Part shown: positions 41,601 to 54,750 of the stretch, one piece after another
Numbering within the stretch: the stretch's first letter is position 1
Layout of the letters: the number at the start of each line of letters is the position of its first letter
NCBI RefSeq assembly: GCF_009914755.1
Contig: NC_060942.1
Direction: 5' to 3' (one strand)
DNA: 64,000 bases
Source: the human T2T-CHM13v2.0 reference genome, Homo sapiens
Notes under the pieces: generated by a model
Told to the model about the DNA's origin: nothing
The model's input: only the letters and a program-made list of their open reading frames with translations
Databases searched by the model: none
Translations under genes and position numbers: made by a program

Positions 41601-42369
41601 AAATGAAGTAATGTGTACTCAAACATAACCAGGTATTTTCCAGTTAATTGAAAAGGGCCTTACAATCACGAAATACATAGGCTTATTTCATTTCTTTAAA
41701 GTTCACCAAAAAGAAAAGCACTTTAAAATAGGTAGTGCTAGTTGGAAACTTAGTCTCCATTCTCTTGTTTGTACTTTTTTTTGGTCTGCGTTCTTCTCTC
41801 TTATCCTTATATCTCAGTCCGCCTGTGGAAGCTTGGCAGCTTCAGGAATTTGGCTAAAGGACTCTGCTGAAATGTTAAGGTACTGCCTCCCACACCAACT
41901 CACTTCTTCGCAAATAAGATGATTTTGGGATCCTCCATGAACAGAAAGTGCGTAATGACTCATTGTGATATCACAACTGTTGTCTTGTTACAAAAAGATT
42001 TACAATTTATTTACAACTAAGATATTGCACTATTTGGTAATATCTTATAATCTGTGTGCAGAAGAATAAAAATCCTTTTCCCTAAGGTAGAATTCTTGGC
42101 TAAAAGGAGGTTTATCAAACAAGCATTGGGATAAACTGGAGATTTTGATATTTGTTGTCAATCACTTATGTGGGAACTCTCCATGTCTTACATTTGCAAG
42201 GCATTTTTTTCTTAAAATCTCTGAGAGTAAAATTCACTAGACTATTATAATCTGTTTGTCCCTACTGAACTCCCATTACTTTCTCTCCATCCACTGGGCT
42301 GACTGCCTTTCACATCTCTTTCAGTTTTTCCCCCTCTGTATAAGCTTAACTTCTGTTATAAGAAAAGCT

Positions 42370-42920
42370 ACAATTTATTGAGTACATTCTATATGCCAGA
42401 CTCTTTTGTAAAGCATATTATTAATGCATCGATTATTTCATTTAAAATTCACAATAAGCCTAATGAGGTAGGTTCAATGATTATTACCATTTTGTTCAAT
42501 GATTATTATCCCTCAGAAGACTGAGATGCAGAGATATTAAGAAACTCATCTTAACATTAGAGATGTTAAGAAATCAAAATATTACACCTGTAAGTGGATG
42601 TATCACTATACAGACCTAGGCAGTCTGGTCTCAATTTCACCTCTCAGTGTTTGCCTCAAGTCAAATGTGCAGATTTATTTTTTATGAATTAATTTCCCCC
42701 TTCTTATTTAATTCCTTAATATAAGCCTGTCTGTAAGGCTTTCAAAGTTTCCCATGTTCCGGGAACTTTAAATACATTACTTCATTTAGATATTATTATC
42801 ATTATCCCATTCTACAGATACCAAAATTGAGGCACTAAGAGATTACGTTACTTAGCCAATGAGATCTCACAGAAAATTCTGGAACCAAGATTTAAATCTA
42901 GTTCTTTTTGTCATTATGCT
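42370..42920 (-). mobile_element. Two MIR fragments
   Basis: 'atttattgagtacattctatatgccag' and 'cccattctacagataccaaaattgaggcac'. Confidence 0.7.
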
Positions 42921-42999
42921 ACATTGTACTCTTCTGTGTCAGATTTTGTTTTCCTTATGCTTTTTTTTTTTTTTAATGGCTGAACAATACATTCCACAG

Positions 43000-43482
43000 T
43001 TTATTTTTTTCTTCAACTTTTAAGTTCCGGGGTACATGTGCAGGATGTGCAGGTTTGTTACATAGATAAACATGTGCCATGGTGCTTTGCTGCACAGATC
43101 AACCCACTACCTAGGTAGTAAGCCCAGTATCCATTAGCTATTCTTCCTGATGCTCTCCCTCCCGCCACCTTTCCCCAGGACAGACACCAGTGTGTGTTGT
43201 TTCCCCGACCAACCCCACGTGTCCATGTGTTCTCATTGTTCAACTCCCACTTATGAATGAAAACATGTGGTGTTTGGTTTTATGTTCCTGCATTAGTTTG
43301 CTGAGGATAATGCCTTCCAGCTCTATCCATGTCCCTGTAAAGGACATGATCTCATTTCTTTTCATGGCTGCATAGTATTCCATGGTATATATGTACCACA
43401 TTTTCTTTATCCAGTCTACCATTGATGAGTATTTGGGTTGATTCCATGTCTTTGCTATTGTGAATAGTGCTGCAATGAACAT
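43000..43482 (-). mobile_element. L1PA (older, ~PA10-13) 3' fragment
   Basis: ORF2 C-terminus MFIAALFTIAKTWNQPK (43240-43482) plus 3' UTR. Confidence 0.9.
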
Positions 43483-46327
43483 AAGTTTTCCCTGTTCTTA
43501 TAAATAAATTTTCTATGCCAAAGTATAGAAGAGCCTTATTTTTTAAAAAATCAGGTTGGTGACTAGTTCATTTGTTAGAGCCAAATTTTTAGCTGCCAAA
43601 GAGACCAAAATCTTACTTCCGAGCCTGTGTATGCCAGTTGGCAATGCTGGTTCCACTGCCACAAAATGTAACTCTGTTCCCAGACAGCCACTTGGAAAAT
43701 GCATGCTGCTAATCATGAAGCAGAGAATTACGTACCTTTAAAGGTTGATGGAAGTTTATCATGCCTCAGATCTAATATAATCATTTCATATATAAGAAAA
43801 GCACAGAGAGATTAAGTGGCACACCTAAGATGACACAGTAAATTCATAGCAAGCTTGGGACAGTCATTGAGATTTTCTGACACTAAATCTGAGGTCTTCA
43901 TCCCATACAACAAAAGCAGTCTCTGCAGCCATTTTGTCATTGTGTCTTAAAAAAATGTATTCATACATTCAACAAATACTGAGTGGTTACCTGTGCCAGA
44001 CAATGTTCTAGATGCTGGAGATAGAGTAGTAAACAAAAAAGAAAGATTCCTGCACCCCTGGAGCTTTACATCCTGGCATTGTAATGGCAGAATGGAACAA
44101 ACTGTTATGGAAATAAGGATGATCCAAAGCGATAATGTCTCATAGGCAGAAGAGCTTATTAGTAGAGTTACAGTTTTGTGCATATACTCAAAAGCCTACT
44201 AGTTACATTGAAAGGATTATTGGTATCAATAAATAGGAATGGTGTGGGTTATGTGGTACCAATGGAGAGATGATAAGATAGGGTCTCTCTGCTCTCAAGG
44301 AGCTTAAGGATGAAGTATGTCATGTAGATTAAAGGAAATGTTTTACTTTCCAATTAAAATTTTTAAAGAAAATTTTGTCACATTAAAAATTATCTTTTAC
44401 CTTAACAGATAAAAATCATTGTGTGCACCTACTAATCCAAGTCAATTATAACTACAAGGAAGTAAATAATCTGAAATCCAAAAATTCCACCTAAATTTTC
44501 TGAGATTAATCCATTTGAAGTCTTTGAAAAGGTTCTATACCTGATTTTATATGACCATGTCCAGTGTCAGAGAAATAACTACAATAAAGTATTAAATTTG
44601 CCTCTAAGTCAACATATATCTTCTTCTTGCCAATAATTATTGTAATAAAGTGGCAAAATTGAGCTCCTGGTCACAAGGTGTGGTGACATGTGCTATTAGT
44701 CTGAATAGAAACAGCCACCCTAAAGCTATTCAATAATGGAAAACAGAAAGCTGTGCAATTTAAAGTGCTCTACTAAGCCTGTTCCTTAATTACAATATTT
44801 TGCAATGTCAACGCACACCATTATCTGAAATAATCAGAGTTTTTTTTTAAAAAAAAACATAATATCATTCTGTTTTGAGCTAGTCGCAAAGTACTCTTTG
44901 TTGTCTTCCATGATGTTAAATGCTTGAGTCTGACTCGCCCACTGCTAAGAGTGTTGAGTAGGTATAGCTGATATTCTGTCCCCATTGTAGGCCAGCACTA
45001 AGACATCTTTACTAATGTCCAGCAATAGAAAGACATCTAAACCCAAGATATAGTTTAATGTTACAAATTCATAACCACTCATCTTTGCTCATAAGCTTGT
45101 CTATGGGCTGAATTGCTGGACATATATCTTCTAATATACATATACCCACTCTTCAGTAGTGTACTTTTGTCTTTAATGAATTCCTTATTCACTACTTTGG
45201 AAGGGCAATTATACACAACTTTACATTCAGAAAATATACTAAATGGTAACTGTGGGAGAAAAGTCTATGAGCTTAGCAATCGTAGTTGAACCACGTTGTA
45301 TATCTGTACGCACTACTATTCTTTACAGTGCCTTAGAAGGCCCAGTGAGGAAAAGGTGTTCCAGGTAGCAGAGTGAGCTAATCCACACGAAAGTGTGATA
45401 TGAACTGTAGAGTGCCCAAATAATGCAGTTTATTGTAACTTATTTTCATTAGTTCCCACATGGTTCACAATGGGCACAGATCTGTAGAAGTAAATTGTGC
45501 ACATACTTCCCACTGCCAATGTCATCACAATAAAATGTCTGCTAAAATAGAGGGCAGTAATTCTGTTGATATAATAATTAGCTAAGACAGTCCATTCCCG
45601 AAGCAAAAACAGTGAACAGAAATGCTGGGAGCCTCTTTTTATTTCCTTTGCTTCCATCATGGATTGAAAGTTTGTAGGGCCATCTCTGGAAAATGCCGTG
45701 AGAGAGTTACATTTTCTTCCATACTTTTCTGTGTCCCTTTTCTGCACCTCTCTTTTCCATTTTGATGTTTTCTTTTTCAGATATTATTATTCAAATTTCC
45801 CTTCATTAAAATTATAATTCTCCACAAGAAGTGGTCCAGCCCAAGAAGTCTCCTTGTCCCTGTAGATCTAAGATGCTCCTCCCTCACTGAGAGACATCCA
45901 GGGGCTTGGCCAGTGAAAATTCACTCAGCTCACTCATGTAGTACTAGCACGGGTGAGTGGAAACTCTGGCAGCACCAGATGAATCCAGCAGACCAAAATA
46001 GCAATGGAAAGCACTGAAAACTAAACTGCCATTGGAACCATGGTCCATAGAAGTAGGCCAGAACCTGCACGCTAAACATAACAGTGTGAGTCCTCGCTAA
46101 AATCAAAGATTTAAACAAGACCCAGAGTCCCTAATTTAACGGATAAAAGGCCCAAGATACCATTAAAAAAAGAAAAATCACCTGTCATACAAAAATCAAG
46201 GAAACAACAACTTGAATGAGAAAGGACAATCAACTGACACCAATATTGAGATGAACCAGATGGTTAAATTATCTGATGGGTTTAAAACAGCTATCATAAG
46301 ACTGTTTAAACGATCAGACACTGCCGG

Positions 46328-46902
<575 letters not shown>

Positions 46903-47803
46903 TTAACAAAATGAACAGAGTCTTCAGGGGCCTTTAGGAAGATTACAAAAATCCAAATTCATATCCTTAAAAAGAATGGAGAGAGGGTGGGGCTGAAAGA
47001 ATATTCAAGGAAATAATGATTGAACACTTCCCAAATTTGGTGAAATACACATATTCACAGAGTCAAGAAAACTCCAAACAAGATAAACCCCAAAAAGTGT
47101 AGACTAATTAAAATTAAACTGAAAAGAAAGGCAGAGAAAATATTTTGAAAGGAGTCAGAGAAAAATAATGCCTGTCTCTAGGGAGGCAGCAATTTGAATA
47201 ACAGCAGATTTTGCATATGAAACCATGAAGGCCAGAAGAAAGTGGCAAAACGGTTTTCAAGTGATAAAACAAAAATGTTGTCAACAGCAAATTCTACATT
47301 CAGCAAAACTGTCTTCAGGAAAGAAGAGAAAATAAAGGCATTCTTATGTAAAGGAAAATTAGAAAAGTCTGTCACTACCCAACCTAACTTTAAAACTTGG
47401 CTAAAGGAAGTTCTTCAAACAGAAAGAAAATAATAAAAGAATCTAGAAGCAAAAGAAAAACAGGAACAAGTAAAAGAGCAGAAATATGGGTATATTGTGA
47501 GTTTCATAAAATATATTTGATGACTGAAAAAAATATTAAAATGCAATCTGATACTTAAGACAATCATATCTAAAAGTGGGGAAGGTAAAGACACCTGAAT
47601 GGAAGTGGGGCTCCCACACTTTACTTAAAAAGGTAAAATGCTGGTACCAGTAGACTGTGAAAAGTCACATATGTATATTGAAATATCCAGAGCAACCACT
47701 ACAAAAACCATACAAGGAGATCCACTCAAAACCATTATAGAGAAAATATTTGCAAACATATGTCTGGTAAGGGACTAATATCCAAAATACAGAGAGAACA
47801 TCA

Positions 47804-48105
47804 AGCTAGGTACAGTGACTCATGCTTGTAATCTTAACACTTTGGGAGGCTAAGGTGAGAGGATGGCTTGAGGACAGAAGTTCAAGACCAGCCCTGAACA
47901 ATGTAGTGAGACCCTGTCTATATAAAAAATCAAAAAAATTAGCCAGGCATGGTGGCATGTGCCTGCAGTACTAGCCACTCAGGAGCCTGAGGTAGAAAGA
48001 TCACTTGAGTTCAGGAATTTGAGGTTGCAGTGAGCTATGATCATGCCACTGCACTTCAGTCTGGGTAACAGAGTGAGATCCTGTATCTAAAACAAACAAA
48101 TAAAC
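47804..48105 (+). mobile_element. AluJ
   Basis: 'gaggatggcttgagg', 'gtgagctatgatcatgccactgcac'. Confidence 0.9.
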
Positions 48106-48381
48106 AATAACCACAAAATCCAATTAAATAATGAACAAAGGACTTGAATAGACACTACTCCAAAGAATATATACAAATGACCAATAGCACATGAAAAGAT
48201 GATCAATATCACTAAACACTAGGGAAATGAAAATCAAAACCACAATGAGTTACTACTTCATACCCATTAGGTTGGCTGTTATAAAATATATATATATAAG
48301 ATTATGAGTGTTGACAAGGATGTGAAGAAATTGGAACCTTTGTGCATTGCTGGTGGGAATGTAAAATAGTGCAGCTGCTAT

Positions 48382-48427
48382 GGAGGCTGAGGCAGGAGAA
48401 TTGCTTGAACATGGGAGACGAAGGTCG
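48382..48427 (+). mobile_element. 46-bp internal Alu fragment embedded in L1MB
   Basis: ggaggctgaggcaggagaattgcttgaacatgggagacgaaggtcg; no tail and no TSD. Confidence 0.9.
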
Positions 48428-50369
48428 TTCCTCAACAAATTAAACAGAATTATCACATGATCTGGCAATTCCTCTTCTGGGTATATACCCAAGAATCGAA
48501 AGCATAGGCTTAAACAGATATTTGTATACTACTGTTCACAGCAGCATTAATTCACCGTAGCCAAAAGGTAGAAACACCATCCACGTGTTCATGAACAGAT
48601 AAATGAATGAACAATGTGGTATATTCGTATGAAGAAATATTATCCAGCCTTATGAAATTCTGACACATGCTGCAACATTGATGAACTAAGTGAAATAAAC
48701 CAAACACACAAAAAGATAAATATTGTATGTTTCCATTTACACAAGGTTCCTAAAATAGGCAAATTCAGAGAGACAAAAAGTAGAATAGTCATTAGCATGG
48801 GCTTGGAGAAGGAGGAAATGTTCTTGCTTGTTGGATACAGAGTTTCAGTTTGGAATGATGAAAAATATCTGAAGATAGATAATGTTTGCATAATAATGTG
48901 AATGTACTTCATACCAGTGAATTGTACACTTAATGATGGTTAAAATGATAAACCTTACATTATGTATATTTTACCATAATAAATAGACACTACAAATTAA
49001 TCAAGACAGACTCCAAAAAATGTTCAAATAACAGGAAAGCAAGTAAAGAGAAAGAGAAAAAAGAACCAGAGGAAATAAACAAAACAAGTAATTAAATGGC
49101 CAACTTATATGCCGACATTTCAATAATTATCTTAAATATAAATTATCTAAATACACCAATTAAAAGATAATTATTGATAGAGTAAATAAAAACATGGCCC
49201 TACTATATGCTGTTTGGAGGAGATTTATTTCAAATTCAATAGAAAAAATATATCATGCAAACACTAATTAAAAAATAGGTGTGGCTATGTTAATGTCAGA
49301 TAAAGTAGACATCAGAACAAGAGAAATTACTAGAGAAAGAGAGGGACATATCACAATATAGGATTAGCTAGAAAGATATAACCCCTGAATCTTAAATATG
49401 TATGTACCAAATGAAACTTGAAAGAAATTTCACCTAAGAGGGTACATGCCACTATCCTATATGTGAAGCAGAAACTGATAAAACTGCAAGGTGAAGTAGC
49501 TCTATAATCATAGTTGGGGACTTCAACAACCTTCTCTTAGAAACCAGTAAAACTGCTAGCCAGGATATTAGCAAGTATATAGAAGAGCTGAACAACACAG
49601 TGAAATAACAGATTCTAACTGACATATGCAGAACTATATCCAACAATAGCAGAGTACATAAGTGATTTCAGCGATGTTGCTGGATACAAGACCAATAGAC
49701 AAAGATCAATCATATTTCTACATACTAACAGTGAACATGTGGAAACAAATTGAAAGCACAGTATAATTTCAAATGCTGCAAAGAAAATGAAGTACCTAGG
49801 TACACAAAAATATATGTACAGAATCTGTATGTTGAACATTATAAAATTCTGATGAAGAAATAAAAGAAGATTGAAATAAATGGAAAGACATATTGCATTC
49901 ATGGATTGGAAGACTCAACATACTAAAGATATCACTTCTACCCAAACTGATCTATAGGCTTAATGCAATTCCTATCAAAATCTTGTCAAGGTCCTATGTA
50001 GACATGGAGAAGCTTTTAAAAAAATGTATATGGAAATAAACAGGCGCTGGAATAGCTAAAATAATCTTGACAATGAAGTATAGAAATGGAGAACTCAATC
50101 TACTTATATTCAGGCTTGATAAGTAGCTGTAGTAATCAAGACAGTACGGTATTGGTGAAGAAACAGACATTCAATTCTATGAAACAGAACAGGAAACCCA
50201 GAAATAGGTCCTCAAAAATATGTTCAACTGGTTTTTGACAATGGCACAAAAGCAATTCAATGGAACAAGGGAATTTTTCAGCAAATATTGCTGAAGCAAT
50301 TAACCATCTATAAGCAAAAAAGATGAACCTCAAACTAAACATCATGCCTCATACAAAATTTAACTCACA

Positions 50370-51270
50370 ATTACATTCTAAGTACATTAAAAATGTTGTA
50401 CAGTCACCACCACTATCTATATTCACAGCTTTTTCACCTTCCCAAACTAAAACTTTATACCCATTAAACCATAACTCCACATTCCCCCCTTCTCCCTAGT
50501 CCTTGGTAACCACTATTCTACTTTTCGTTTCTATTAATTTGTCTACTCTAGGGACCTCATAAAAGTGGAAACACAATATTTGTCCTCCTCTGACTAGTTT
50601 ATTTCACTCAGAACAATGTCTTCAAGGTTCATCCATATTTAAACATGTATCAGAATTTCATTCCTTTTAAGTAAATGATTAATTTATTTATTTTAAAGAT
50701 GGGGGTCTTACTATGTTGGCCAGGCTGAACTCGAACCTCTGGGCTCCAGTGATCCTACCACCTCAGCCTTCCAAGTAGCTGGAACTACTGGTGTACACCA
50801 CTATGTCTGGCTCTCATTTCTTTTAAAGGCAGGATAATATTCCTTTGTATGGATATATTTTGTTTATCCATTCATCCTCTTATAGACACATGGGTTGTTT
50901 CCACCTTTTGGCTATTGTGAATTAATATTGCTATGAGCATTAGTATACAAATATCTCTTTGAGTCTCTGCTTTTAGTTCTTTTGAGTATGTTTCTAGAGT
51001 GCAATTGCTGGATCATGCAGTAATTCTATGTGTAATTTTTTTTGAGGAAAAACCATATTGTTTTCCAATGAGGCTACACTATTTAAATTACCACTTGCAA
51101 TGCACAAGACTTTGAATTTTCCAAATCCTTGTTAGTATTTGTTATATTCTGTTTTATATGTATAAACTAATGGGTGTGAAGTGGTATCTCACTATACCAC
51201 TTATGGCCAAACTAATGGATGTGAAGTGGTACCTCACTGTCATTTTCTTAATGTATATTTCCCTAATGAG
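50370..51270 (-). mobile_element. L1MB-like 3' portion with nested Alu monomer (~50690-50812)
   Basis: 'ttgtacagtcaccaccactatct...ggtaaccactattctac...ttccaccttttggctattgtgaat'. Confidence 0.8.
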
Positions 51271-51949
51271 GATAATAATTTTTGAAAAAGTTAAGTGTGA
51301 AAAGAACACAACTTGTACTACCCTTTATGATCAGAAAAGTAAATTATTTTGAATCTTATGTAATAAATGTCCATGTATTAGTTATACTATTCAAGGGAGA
51401 TAACCTAACAAAATACATATGGCAAATTAAAAGTATCTGTTGGTTAAGTTGCTATCATTAACACATACTTTTTGTTAGAAATCTGCTTAAAAACATCCCA
51501 GCTCCCTCAATGCTCCGATCTCAACCATCATAGGAAAGTTTCATGTTTCCCAGTAGAATCAACTAGAGCTCAGCTTGCTGAAGTCCCAGGAGTATTTTCA
51601 TTTCAAAGTGTTATTAGTCAAAATAAATACATCTTTAACGTTCTACTTGTATAAATTATGCCACACGTGCATGGGCAGAGCACCGAGTCTAGTTCCAATC
51701 TGTGTTTCTCTTCTTCATAGTTGTGCCATTGTAAAGTAGTGACTTAACCCTTTATAAGACTCAGTTGTCTCAGGTAAAGAAAGCATGAGCTTAGGAATCA
51801 GAGCCTGAGTCAAATCCTTGCTCCATCATTCATAGCTAAACTTCCAGAGTCTCAGGGCCCTTATTGTAAAATGTGAAAATAATCCACTCACTCTACATTA
51901 CACTCAGCTCTGTCAGAATTAAATGAGGCAATGCAGTGAGGGATGGGCG

Positions 51950-52620
51950 GGGACAGACTGTTAGGGACTATTTAAGAGACACATGATGATGGAAGGTTGT
52001 TTCCACGATGATGGAAGGTTGTTTCCACCTTCCATCATCAAGTGATGATGGTTTAGAGGAAGCCAGTAGCAGAGCAGATAGGTAGGAAGAGTAAGATTCT
52101 AAATATGTTTTCAATGCCAAGTCAACAGGATTTGCTTTTTTATTGAACGTTGGGCATGAAAGAGGAGTAGAGGAAGAATTCAAGATTTTTAGCTTTAGAA
52201 TGGGATTAATGGAGTTCCATTTACTTTGATGAAGACTGAGGTTGAAAACTTTCCAGTGGTAGGTAAGCTCAAGTGTTAGGTCGGACATGTTAAGTTTTAA
52301 AATGTCTATTAGACATCCTAATAAGGATGATAAGTAGGGAGGCCTGATTTATATTATGGAAAAATCCCTGAAGACAGGTGAGAATGGGGAGTGAGGTCAG
52401 GTGAAAGCCACTGATATAATTTAAGCAAGAATACAGTAGGGCCTGAAAAAAATAAGAGATTTAACGGAGTTTAGCAGAAACTGAGGATAAACTGGATATG
52501 AGATATAAGAGATAGGGAAGACTCATGAATGACCCCAGGACATCTGACTTGGGACACTACATAAGAGTTACCACGGTGTGGGAGAAGCAGCAAATCTGAG
52601 TGGGGAAAAAGGAGTGAAGC
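51950..52620 (-). mobile_element. L2 fragments
   Basis: 'agattctaaatatgttt...aacaggatttgct...aatgtctattagacatcc'. Confidence 0.7.
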
Positions 52621-53183
52621 TATCTATTAATAGCTTAATCTAATCTAATCTAATCTTTATATAATAATAACCTTACTTATTTAAATAAGAATAAAATTAC
52701 TTATTGTCTTCCACAACAAAGGATAATTCCAGTTATTTTTCATAACTGAAAAAGAGTATTAGTGTTCATTTAGATTTTACCTTTATTTGTTTGTTTGCTT
52801 TTGATGGGGGTTATATACAACTGGGAGAGGAGGACCAGCTTGAGAACCACATATGCATGTGTCTGTTCTTGCACCTCAGTGAACTCTGTTTTTTAACATA
52901 TCAGAATTTTAAGGCTTAAATTTGCATGAGTATATGCGCTCATATATGTGTGTAAATATCATAAATAGGATATTATTCATATTTTTAAATCCTCCAGTAA
53001 TCATTTTCTATATAGAATGAAAAAAACTTTTAACCAACAATACAACGTCTGCATTTATTTGTCCATATATATCACTAGTCTGAAAAGTACGATATAAATA
53101 ATTTCTTAAAATCAATGTTAAATGGTGGTTTCTGCAAGCCAAATGCATAAGGCCTCTTTAATTGTTAAAGATAGAAAGTATTT

Positions 53184-53668
<485 letters not shown>

Positions 53669-54189
53669 CTAATATCGAAGAGCACAAATGTCATAGAAAA
53701 AATAATTACAAAATATGGTTATTATGTACTTCTAAGTAGTAAAATCTTGATTCCCCAGTATTAAGCCAACTTACATCCTTTTCACAAGTTCACTTCTGAG
53801 TGTATATTGGAAAAAAATTACAAACTGCGTCTTGTCCTGTTTAAATAGACTAGTGACTAAGCAACCAGGGCACAGAGCCTCCTGGATCTTTTTTTTCCAA
53901 AGATTTTTCCTTCTAGCACTTGAGATAAAGAAGATCAGATGGAAGACAATCATTATGATAATGAGTTTTTTCCTTCCTTTTCAAAGAGTTTCAGATTTGG
54001 GTTTTGTAATTCTCTGAAATACTCAATAACATCATCATATTTCAGAGGCAAAGACAGCTGATTAGAAAGTTGATCCAATGGTAGAGAACCTTTGCCTCAG
54101 ATACATATGTCTTAATGTTCCTGTAAAAGTACAGCAGAAAACTGCATTTTTGGAGAATGAACCATAAATAGAAGTTATTGTGTTAATTT

Positions 54190-54201
54190 TGACAGCTGTC
54201 A
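54190..54201. promoter_or_regulatory. Perfect palindrome TGACAGCTGTCA (TALE homeodomain TGIF/PKNOX/MEIS dimer-type site)
   Basis: Exact 12-bp sequence present; further TGACAG at ~54209. Confidence 0.5.
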
Positions 54202-54579
54202 CTGAAGTTGACAGGATGTGGCCACCTCCAATTTGAAATAATTTTTCTGTTCAAGATAACTACATAAATGCCAATGTTCGTCCCTTTTAATTTCTCTGAG
54301 TCTCATGACTTAAGAGTCACATGTCTTGTACACAGGCAACTTTCTAAATATATCACCATTTAGTCTTGCATGCGCGTGAATACATGCATGATTCCTATAC
54401 ATACCACTTGAATTCTGAGTAAGTTTTCTCTTCTAAGGAGAGAAATGGTGGGATTCCTTTATATCTAATTCCAGTTATTTCAAAGCTGATCAACATTATT
54501 GAGCCTACCCATCAAATTAAAATAAAATAGAATGATTCAACATAGAAAAATGTCAACTGGTGAACATAAGGGTGCTGAA

Positions 54580-54650
54580 ATAACCAATCACAGTTTGGCA
54601 AACACCCAAGCCATCCCCCATAGCAACAGAGCTGATGGCATAGCAACCGC
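54580..54650 (+). promoter_or_regulatory. Candidate proximal promoter: CCAAT box, NFI-like site, two RFX X-box-like motifs
   Basis: aaCCAATcac (CCAAT 54584-54588); TTGGC-N5-cCCAA 54595-54609; tcccccATAGCAAC 54614-54627 and gatggcATAGCAAC 54634-54647; repeat-free context. Confidence 0.6.
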
Positions 54651-54706
54651 AGCTGCTTCAACCCAGAAAAATTAGAAGAAATATTCTTGGGAAAAAAGCA
54701 TAATCC

Positions 54707-54750
54707 ATGTTAAAGTCAGACATGACATTTTTTCTGCAACAAAAGAAACT
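54707..54750 (+). CDS. Candidate first coding exon (MLKSDMTFFLQQKK + phase-2 CT)
   Basis: In-frame stop at 54701, ATGs at 54707 and 54722, donor act|GTAAGC at 54751; phase compatible with the 63360 exon. Confidence 0.45.

Larger units (their letters stand above)
47740..48985 (+). mobile_element. L1MB-like 3' portion
   Basis: 'gagaaaatatttgcaaac...gattgtacacttaa-like...tatattttaccataataaa'. Confidence 0.75.

Noticed and set aside
53771-53953. Minus-strand 60-aa ORF ending at a GTAAGT donor
   Set aside because: Weak acceptor and unremarkable peptide; treated only as part of a possible non-coding divergent transcript
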